A stretch of 23,695 bases of DNA from Candidatus Thorarchaeota archaeon (lineage in GTDB: Archaea; Asgardarchaeota; Thorarchaeia; Thorarchaeales; Thorarchaeaceae): NCBI GenBank assembly GCA_016839605.1, contig JAEOTX010000230.1, positions 1-23,695 on the forward strand. Reading direction: 5' to 3'. Numbering within the stretch: position 1 is the stretch's first letter; each line of letters starts with the position of its first letter. The position numbers and the translations under genes are program-made. Positions 10,033 through 16,844 of the stretch are shown here, piece by piece. The notes beneath the pieces were generated by a model, which had not been told where the DNA came from, did no database searches, and saw only the letters and a program-made list of their open reading frames with translations.

Positions 10033-10665
10033 TCAACTCTCAGATTCCATCTGTTCTTTGAGGAACTTCAGTCTGAAGAAGTCTTCACGCTCTCTCTCTT
10101 CAAGGGCCTGTTTTACATATCGGGCAGTTGCATCCAATCTAGGAATTACAATTGTTTCAAGGGCTGAAACGCGTCTTTTAGTACGTTCAATTTCGATTGC
10201 CAGTCGTTTAACGGTTGAATCAATCTCGGCAAGACGTACTACAGCTTTCAGAGCTTCCTTAAACTTGGTTGACATCACATCAAGCTGGACGCTGGAATCT
10301 GGAAGTGAATATGGAAGCTGAGGGACATGTTGTTCTACTGATAGAACTGGAACTACCACACCCATCATGGACCTTGTGGATATTCTCAGATCCGCTTGGA
10401 CTTTACTTGCATTTGCGAACTCAACGACCTCAGCTGGACCCATGACCATCTTTGTTTTAGTTAGTGCAGAAAATGCTGAAGCTAGGGCCACATCAACCTC
10501 TTCCCTAGTCTTCTTAATCTCTTCAATTGAGTTGAAGAATTCCATAATTAGCGAGTCACGTTTCTCTTTGAGAAGATTATGACCTCGTTCTGCGAGTCTC
10601 ATCCTGTTCTTCAGTCGCAGGAGCTCCATTCGAGTCGTCTTGGTTCCAGGTAGAATTTTGCTCAT
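10033..10665 (-). CDS. atpD: A/V-type ATP synthase subunit D
   Basis: TRMELLRLK, GHNLLKEKRD, EIERTKRRVSALE and LEEREREDFFRLK motifs. Confidence 0.95.
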   Translation of the reverse strand: MSKILPGTKTTRMELLRLKNRMRLAERGHNLLKEKRDSLIMEFFNSIEEIKKTREEVDVALASAFSALTKTKMVMGPAEVVEFANASKVQADLRISTRSMMGVVVPVLSVEQHVPQLPYSLPDSSVQLDVMSTKFKEALKAVVRLAEIDSTVKRLAIEIERTKRRVSALETIVIPRLDATARYVKQALEEREREDFFRLKFLKEQMESES

Positions 10666-10742
10666 TGATCCTCACTTCGATGGATGAGATTGGTATAGTC
10701 AGTCGTGCAGATATTGTTGTCCTAAAACTGTTGTGATGCGCA

Positions 10743-11021
10743 TCATGCAAATGTAATGACTAATGCACTGACAAAAATGGCAAATGCACAGATAATGAGC
10801 CAGTCACGAATATACTTCTTCACCAAGCGGGGTCGGTCGTTGATTTGCCCGGTCGTGATAAGTGTCATAAATGAAATGAACAGGAATGCAAAGGGGAGAG
10901 CAACTGTTGGACTAGTTAGTTCTGCGTCTGTGATTAGAATTATTGCTGATAAGCCTCCGAAGATTAGGAAACTGAGTATCATCAGAGAGGTTAGTACATG
11001 CCGTATTCGATCGACATCCAT
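10743..11021 (-). CDS. Small membrane protein with about three transmembrane helices, function unknown
   Basis: Three hydrophobic segments; fills the gap between atpD and the ATPase gene. Confidence 0.7.
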   Translation of the reverse strand: MDVDRIRHVLTSLMILSFLIFGGLSAIILITDAELTSPTVALPFAFLFISFMTLITTGQINDRPRLVKKYIRDWLIICAFAIFVSALVITFA

Positions 11022-11135
11022 CTGGGAATTCTCCTATGTGAACGACCGGTCATGCCCGGACGTGCCTTCATGCCTATTCATCCTGTTCAAAAAGGTTGTG
11101 TCTTGAAAGTGCCAGACTGAGAGTTTACCACACGA

Positions 11136-11191
11136 TTTATTAGCGGCCAGTGCCCTGCCGGCATTGTATTACAAGAAGTACATGTGATACC
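11136..11191 (+). promoter_or_regulatory. TATA box (TTTATTA) followed by a triple 9-bp array, candidate operator of the ATPase-RHH operon
   Basis: TATA at 11136-11142; TGTATTACA-AGAAGTACA-TGTGATACC at 11165-11191 covers the expected transcription start; GAGGT ribosome-binding site at 11194-11198. Confidence 0.6.
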
Positions 11192-11204
11192 AAGAGGTCA
11201 CATC

Positions 11205-12179
11205 ATGACAATAGCGATACACGAAAGTGCGTTGATTCGCCACTTCAACACTCGCAAGGAAGTTTTGCGGGCCTGGGAGGAAAGAATCGGCGCCAGGTTC
11301 TCACCGTTTCGTGGGTATAAGATGCCGGACTCGCGTCTCTACGTTGAGCATCCGGACTTCTTAGACAGCATTGTCGATCTGATAATTACAAATGAGAGAC
11401 ACATCTTTCTCAGAGGACCGGTAGGTTCAGGGAAAAGTACTCTCATGTTGCTGGCACTCAGGGACCTGCCAACCCTAGCAGACCGACGAGGAAACAAATT
11501 CGTCACAGGCTATGTAGGGATGACCGGTCTTTATGAGAAACAGATGTCAGCAGCGATAGCAGACTCGTTGAGAGTAAAGTATCGCAGATCTTGGGAGTCA
11601 AGTCAGATCGTAGAATCAATTGCCCAAGAATGTGTGAGAAGATATAGGGAAGAGAAGAGCCGCACAGCCCTATTTGTGGAAGATGTTGCCGACAACCAAG
11701 AAGCGGCATTCCACAAGCTCAGATACCTTGCAGACCTGCCTACTCAGGAGATGAAAGCTGATCATCCAGAGGTGTTAGATGAGCCGATTATCACTTTGAT
11801 AATGTCGGGAACAGCTGTGTACTGGAACGCAATGCTAAGCTTCTTGCCGCAGATTGCGGATAGGACTGAGCCGCTTGATGTTCCTGCTCTAGACGATGAG
11901 AAAGCCAAGGAGTTCATTGGCAGAAGAATCGCCTATGCGAAAGGGCAGATTGACACCTTTGATTTGGATGATTACGGTGTCTACCCGTTCGCTGATGATG
12001 CTGTAGTAGTCATCAATACAGCGGCCAAGGGTAATCCACGTGACATTCGTATGTTGTCAAGAGGTTGTCAACAGGTGGCTGCAGAAAATTTCAGGCAGAA
12101 TGGCAATCCGGAAGTTAACAGAAAAATTGCAGAGCTTGTTTCGGATGCCTATGCTACAATACTGAGAGAGGTGCGTTAG
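11205..12179 (+). CDS. AAA+ ATPase, ExeA/GspA-TnsC-like (AAA_22-type), with no C-terminal winged helix
   Basis: PF...PD..LY N-terminal segment, Walker A GPVGSGKST, Walker B LFVED, Arg finger IADR, sensor II GNPRDI. ATG at 11205 chosen for its ribosome-binding site; the ORF track starts at GTG 11184. Confidence 0.85.
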   Translation: MTIAIHESALIRHFNTRKEVLRAWEERIGARFSPFRGYKMPDSRLYVEHPDFLDSIVDLIITNERHIFLRGPVGSGKSTLMLLALRDLPTLADRRGNKFVTGYVGMTGLYEKQMSAAIADSLRVKYRRSWESSQIVESIAQECVRRYREEKSRTALFVEDVADNQEAAFHKLRYLADLPTQEMKADHPEVLDEPIITLIMSGTAVYWNAMLSFLPQIADRTEPLDVPALDDEKAKEFIGRRIAYAKGQIDTFDLDDYGVYPFADDAVVVINTAAKGNPRDIRMLSRGCQQVAAENFRQNGNPEVNRKIAELVSDAYATILREVR

Positions 12180-12181
12180 GT

Positions 12182-12478
12182 TTGAGTGTTCTGAAAAAGT
12201 ATCGAGATGCTGGTGAAGAGGAAAGAGATTCAGCAAAGCCGGCTGCAGAGTCAGGGACTAGGGTTGCAGTAGAAAAACCAAAAGTTATGATTGCTGTGCC
12301 CAATAAAGAGCGAAAGAGTCCGATCGTGTCATTCTCGTTCACGACCGAACTTCGATCTTGTCTACAGAATGTGCGAAACGAAAAGGCAATCAATCTGAGT
12401 ATGTGGGTTGAGAGAAAGCTTCGAAAAGCGCTGACTGAGGAGTTCCCAGACATAGCCGACAAACATCTTGAAGTCTGA
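12182..12478 (+). CDS. Probable ribbon-helix-helix DNA-binding protein with a disordered N-terminal tail
   Basis: IVSFSF strand, TTELRSCLQNVRNEK helix and INLSMWVERKLRKAL helix. GAGGTG ribosome-binding site inside the ATPase 3' end; 2-nt gap to the ATPase gene. Confidence 0.75.
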   Translation: MSVLKKYRDAGEEERDSAKPAAESGTRVAVEKPKVMIAVPNKERKSPIVSFSFTTELRSCLQNVRNEKAINLSMWVERKLRKALTEEFPDIADKHLEV

Positions 12479-12496
12479 CCTATTCTCAGTGCATAA

Positions 12497-13891
12497 TTAG
12501 CTCTCTCTTGCACGCATCTCCGAGTATTCTGTAACTCGTGCCATGCATAGGGCAGCTAACGCCGGATTGTCGTAACAAGGAATACGATTCATCTCAAGTA
12601 GATCCTTTCCAGGTTTCCCTACATCACCTGCAAGCCACACTCCAACAACGGGCTTTTTGACATCTGCAGTCCGTATTCCTTCTAGGGTACCAGCTGCATG
12701 TTCAGTCTGTGTCATTCCAGCAAAAGTTGGTACTCCACATATCACTAATAGCATGTCGAGGTTAGGGTCTTTGAGCATCAGCTCAGTAGAAACTCGATAT
12801 TCTCCTCTCCCACCACTTGCAACAACATCTACAGGATTGTTGACTGATGCCATTGGAGATAGGACTTGACGTAATTCTTGACATGTCTTCTGCTCTAAGG
12901 CAGGGATATTGAGTCCGAGATCAGCTGATGCGTCGGTTGCAAGAACACCAGCTCCTCCTGTATTACTAATAATACCGATATTACGTCCTTTTGGTAGAGA
13001 TTGGTAATCAAACAACTTGGCTATTTCTAGAAGTGTGTCAAGAGAAGGAGCTGTCACACAGCCTGCCTGCCGAATCATTCCATCGAATATTGCCGTTGAG
13101 CCTGCCAATGATCCTGTGTGGGATTGGGTTGCTCGACTGCCAGCTTCACTCCTTCCACCCTTCAATACAACAACTGGTTTCTTCTTTGCAGCCCTAGTGA
13201 GAGACTCGAAGAAAGGTCGACCATCATCTACTCCCTCTATATAGACCATGATTACAGTGCTCTTTGGATCATCAGTGAAATAGTCAAGAATCTCCACGAA
13301 ACTGACATCAGCCGAGTTGCCAATACTAGCGAACTTGCTGAGACCAATACGTTTGGTGCGTGTGGTGTATATGAGCATACCACCAAGGGCTCCACTCTGG
13401 GAGATTAACGAGATATTGCCCCGTTCAGGCATCATAGTAAATGTGCCATTAAACAACCTACTGTTGGAAACACCCACACAATTAGGACCAATGATCCGAA
13501 CTCCTGCGTCTTGGGCAGCTCTGACTAGCTCTTCCTCAAGTTGTGCGCCCTGATGGCCTGTCTCACTGAAACCACCTGATATCACTACTGCAGCTTTGGC
13601 ACCAGCTCCTTGAATCTGACTCATTAGACCTGGACAATACTTTGCTGCAACGGCAACTATGACCAAGTCTACAGGCTCTGGAAGACTGTCAAGACTTGGG
13701 TATGCCTTGACCCCAAGGACCTGTTGCCTGCTACGAGTCACAGGATAGACATCAATCTCGGAAGTGATAAGGTTCATGAGAATAGAGTTACCCAACTTTC
13801 GATAATCAGATGATGCTCCGACTAGGGCAACACTTGAAGGATTGAAAAAGCAATCAATCTCATCGAATCCTTTGGATCCTAGATTGGTCAT
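12497..13891 (-). CDS. acdA: ADP-forming acyl/acetate-CoA synthetase, alpha subunit
   Basis: FNPSSVALVGAS, IGPNCVG, SQSGALG, SHTGSLAG (phospho-His), SNTGGAGV and NPVDV motifs. Start reassigned to ATG 13891. Confidence 0.92.
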   Translation of the reverse strand: MTNLGSKGFDEIDCFFNPSSVALVGASSDYRKLGNSILMNLITSEIDVYPVTRSRQQVLGVKAYPSLDSLPEPVDLVIVAVAAKYCPGLMSQIQGAGAKAAVVISGGFSETGHQGAQLEEELVRAAQDAGVRIIGPNCVGVSNSRLFNGTFTMMPERGNISLISQSGALGGMLIYTTRTKRIGLSKFASIGNSADVSFVEILDYFTDDPKSTVIMVYIEGVDDGRPFFESLTRAAKKKPVVVLKGGRSEAGSRATQSHTGSLAGSTAIFDGMIRQAGCVTAPSLDTLLEIAKLFDYQSLPKGRNIGIISNTGGAGVLATDASADLGLNIPALEQKTCQELRQVLSPMASVNNPVDVVASGGRGEYRVSTELMLKDPNLDMLLVICGVPTFAGMTQTEHAAGTLEGIRTADVKKPVVGVWLAGDVGKPGKDLLEMNRIPCYDNPALAALCMARVTEYSEMRARES

Positions 13892-13965
13892 GATTCTGAA
13901 CCAATTATGATTCGATTTATGTCTGCCGAGGGAAAGTCCGAGTTGTTGTATTACAAGTAATATTA

Positions 13966-15192
13966 TTACAAGGCTTCTCTCTTTAGAAAGTGCCTTAGGT
14001 GCCGGCGATTTTTGCATTCAGATTCCAAAGCCTCCTTAATCACAACCAGAGTTTCAGGGGATTTTTTCAGGATGTTGTCAAGAGCTTTCACTGAGGCTTT
14101 GATAATCCGTTCATCCATGGTCTTACAAACCAGGTCGACAATGGAATGGGCCGATGATTCGTGATAGAGATTTCCTAAGGCGATTATCGCCGGAGTAACA
14201 ATTCGTTGATCATCCACTCTAAGTAATTTCTCAAGGTGAGCAATTGAATTCAAATGACGAACTGCAACATGACCATTGATACATTGCAGCAGCTTTCGAT
14301 AGTCCTCACTTGATTTGGAAGTCATGTATTGAATGACAGCATCATCTAGTATTGCGTTCAGAGTAAATAGGGAATGCGTGCTGCCCTTGGATATGAGACC
14401 TTCAATGTCTTGACCTATGATGTGTTGGTGGAGTTCTTTGTACATCTGATTTGACGGGCTGACAATGGCTATCCCAGATACTTCTGCTGTTTCAGATGTT
14501 GTGATTCCTTGTTTCACTTCTGGTGATACTTGTATTACTGATAATACCATATCAAGTTGCTCTATTGATGCTTTAGTTCCTTTGATTCCAAGATCGGATA
14601 TAGCCAGGCGACCATATTCTGAATACCATAAATGTGTAAGATCCACATGTTCACCATCAAGTTTGAGAGTAAGATTGGCCATCTTTTCCGTCCGGATTGA
14701 TTCTAGTAGTCTACTGAGTTCATCGAACTTCTCATCCGGGGGGAAACTGAAGTATAGAGTGTCACCAGATTCTATTTGTTTCATTGCAGTTTCTTGTGCA
14801 TAGAGTATTAGTGACTGTGATGCATCGGCTAGAGAAGTCTTTGATTCTAGCATTTGAAGAAGGGTCATAGTATCTGTTTGCACTGGTTCAAGTCCACTGC
14901 AGGATAAAAGACTAAAGATCATTTCGCGGTACTTTAAGGGCTCAACTTGTGTCTGTTGTTTTCCGAAGCTGGCAGGAGTGGAATACATCTTGTCGGCTGC
15001 CGCAATGAGATATTCTAGTGCTGTATTCCATCCCTTGTTCTGTTCCACGGCTGCAACTAAGTCGAGCAGGTCTCGAGATCTTCTCTCACCTATGGCGTTA
15101 GTGATATCATGCAGAGTGTGTTCCATTTCTGCTTTTTCCGCACGTTCTCGACTTGCTCTTAGGAACCACTTGTCATCCCTGTCATCCGACAT
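13966..15192 (-). CDS. Hypothetical alpha-helical protein with C-terminal HEAT-like repeats
   Basis: Long ORF; IVTPAIIALGNL and IIKASVKALDNI resemble HEAT repeats; GGAG upstream of ATG 15192. Confidence 0.7.
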   Translation of the reverse strand: MSDDRDDKWFLRASRERAEKAEMEHTLHDITNAIGERRSRDLLDLVAAVEQNKGWNTALEYLIAAADKMYSTPASFGKQQTQVEPLKYREMIFSLLSCSGLEPVQTDTMTLLQMLESKTSLADASQSLILYAQETAMKQIESGDTLYFSFPPDEKFDELSRLLESIRTEKMANLTLKLDGEHVDLTHLWYSEYGRLAISDLGIKGTKASIEQLDMVLSVIQVSPEVKQGITTSETAEVSGIAIVSPSNQMYKELHQHIIGQDIEGLISKGSTHSLFTLNAILDDAVIQYMTSKSSEDYRKLLQCINGHVAVRHLNSIAHLEKLLRVDDQRIVTPAIIALGNLYHESSAHSIVDLVCKTMDERIIKASVKALDNILKKSPETLVVIKEALESECKNRRHLRHFLKREAL

Positions 15193-15384
15193 GCTCGGTT
15201 CGACTCCTGCAGTAATGCTGGAATCCTTGTTTCGAGTGATAAGACTTTGTCCAGCTGTTCTGTATTGTTTGTATCTTTTGTAATACAATGGAATAATGCC
15301 TGAGAAGACGCGTCTTTTTGGTGCCTGAAGGAGAAGATGAATCTGTTCTAAGATTAGAACTATGTATACTTGTGACCCTGTAAA

Positions 15385-15567
15385 GTATGAGTATGTCGTG
15401 TCAATGGCAGACTAGTGCTATGGGATTTCCATCCTTTGGCACCCTCAAACACCCGTCGTTGGCATCTCTATCTCCTCAAGTAAAGTACCTCCAAGAAGAT
15501 CCAATGCCGGCATGAGTTCGGTGCTAGGAAACCTGACTGACTTGCCGCAGATACGACATGCTCGTGC
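15385..15567 (+). ncRNA. Putative structured non-coding RNA of about 183 nt, family not recognised
   Basis: 18-bp terminal helix (15385-15402/15550-15567) and three further nested helices. All non-Watson-Crick pairs are G-U on the plus strand. TATA-like TATGTATA at 15361; T-rich tract at 15570-15579. Confidence 0.7.
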
Positions 15568-15577
15568 CGTTTCTTTT

Positions 15578-16171
15578 CTATGGTTCAGACTTACGCTTGG
15601 ACAGCTCAGACTTGAGTACTGTGGACGAAGTTAGTTCCTCTAGTGCCGAGAGGATGGTTCGCTCAGCTGAGCTATAGCTCTCGATTTCTTCGTCAGAGAG
15701 TTCTGTCTTCCCGGCCAATACATCACGTATTTTCCGATAGTCACCAATCCTTGTAGCTATCTCTTCAAACGGTCTAAAGAGTGTGAAGTCGAATAGACCA
15801 AGATAAGCAAGAAGCAGCATTGTGTATAGACAACGTGTTACATTTCTTCGGGCTTGTCCTAGAGTTCTATTGAACGCACCTCGTGAAACACCACTGGTTC
15901 TTCCCTTCCTTTTCGATCTGAAAGATGCCTTCCTATCATATGGTATGTGACTACCATGTTCATCTTCAACAACGAGGTCTATCAGAAGAGTTTCTAGCTG
16001 GACTTTCGTAAGCGTGGACTGATTGAGCAATGCCTTCATGATAGGTTCCTGCAAGACTCTTTGTGCCCCATCTGCAAGTTGTTTCACAGTATCACGACGT
16101 TTGGTTTTGGACCTTTTCTGACTCATTTGTGCTAGCCTCAAAATGGAGGAAATTGGAAAAGGAGGCTTCAT
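15578..16171 (-). CDS. Hypothetical protein, probable helix-turn-helix DNA-binding protein
   Basis: STLTKVQLETL...VSRGAFNRTLGQARRN has a sigma-region-4/Tfx-like HTH pattern. Alternative start at 16126. Confidence 0.75.
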   Translation of the reverse strand: MKPPFPISSILRLAQMSQKRSKTKRRDTVKQLADGAQRVLQEPIMKALLNQSTLTKVQLETLLIDLVVEDEHGSHIPYDRKASFRSKRKGRTSGVSRGAFNRTLGQARRNVTRCLYTMLLLAYLGLFDFTLFRPFEEIATRIGDYRKIRDVLAGKTELSDEEIESYSSAERTILSALEELTSSTVLKSELSKRKSEP

Positions 16172-16296
16172 AATGCTCCTTTCGTACCTCAGTTACGTAT
16201 GTCTGTATGGATACAATTTTGTATACAATGGAAGTCATAAACCTTCCCGGAGTAAGCTTGTGATACGCTTGTAATACAACAATTAATAGTTGAGAG

Positions 16297-16713
16297 CTAC
16301 CTGAATGGTAGTTTCCACTCTGATTCGGGGGGGGTTAGCACAAATCCAAGGATCAGATTGCCACGTATCTCATCAAACTTGAAAACGCCGAAGACATAAT
16401 TCGTATTGTTCATAGTCCACTCGACTCTACCCCGCGTGAGATAGTGTTGGAATATCGCACGGCATTGCTTACGTACTTGTGTGAATAGGTTCCGGTATCG
16501 CTTCCTTTGCGACGGCCGAATTCCCCATCTCTCAAGAATGAATCTATTGGCCAGACTGTTGCTCGAGAGCAAGGTGGATTTCTCTTTCTTCCTTAGCTTC
16601 TCTACGGTTTCCAGAAGAATACTCCTGAAGCAGTCCGGAATACTCGCTAGGATAGAAGGAGTAGTTTCTGGTTCGAACAGCAAAGGCCGGGAATTGTCAC
16701 CTGAAGCGCGCAC
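16297..16713 (-). CDS. Basic hypothetical protein, possible winged helix
   Basis: Three predicted helices followed by a beta-rich C-terminus; Arg/Lys rich; fills the intergenic gap. Confidence 0.65.
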   Translation of the reverse strand: MRASGDNSRPLLFEPETTPSILASIPDCFRSILLETVEKLRKKEKSTLLSSNSLANRFILERWGIRPSQRKRYRNLFTQVRKQCRAIFQHYLTRGRVEWTMNNTNYVFGVFKFDEIRGNLILGFVLTPPESEWKLPFR

Positions 16714-16844
16714 GTCAGTTCATGACTCTGTGGTCATTAGCGCCTTAAGAGGTCATATAATGAACTATCGCACTTTGCACATGCCACTTCATTGGATTAA
16801 TATCTACAACTGATACCGGTCCAACATAGTGGAGACAGATTCAC

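Noticed and set aside
11205-12179. ATPase as Orc1/Cdc6 or ParA/SegA
   Set aside because: It ends right after the AAA+ lid with no winged helix, its N-terminal and lid motifs look ExeA-like, and it has no KGGxGK deviant Walker A.
13928-13939. GAGGGAAAGTCC resembling the RNase P RNA 5' conserved motif
   Set aside because: Imperfect match, no 3' partner motif seen, and only about 75 bp of intergenic space.
13892-14017. N-terminal extension of acdA in the ORF track (likewise 15193-15288 and 22362-22580)
   Set aside because: These extensions run through promoter or motif DNA or overlap neighbouring genes; downstream ATGs fit better.
15387-15515. 42-codon ORF (MSMSCQWQ...) within the structured RNA
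   Set aside because: No recognisable protein features; the G-U-biased pairing explains the region better. Not formally excluded.
15509-15546. SECIS element (ATGA...AAA...GA)
   Set aside because: The stem register does not give a GA/GA quartet, and no upstream plus-strand gene has an in-frame TGA.
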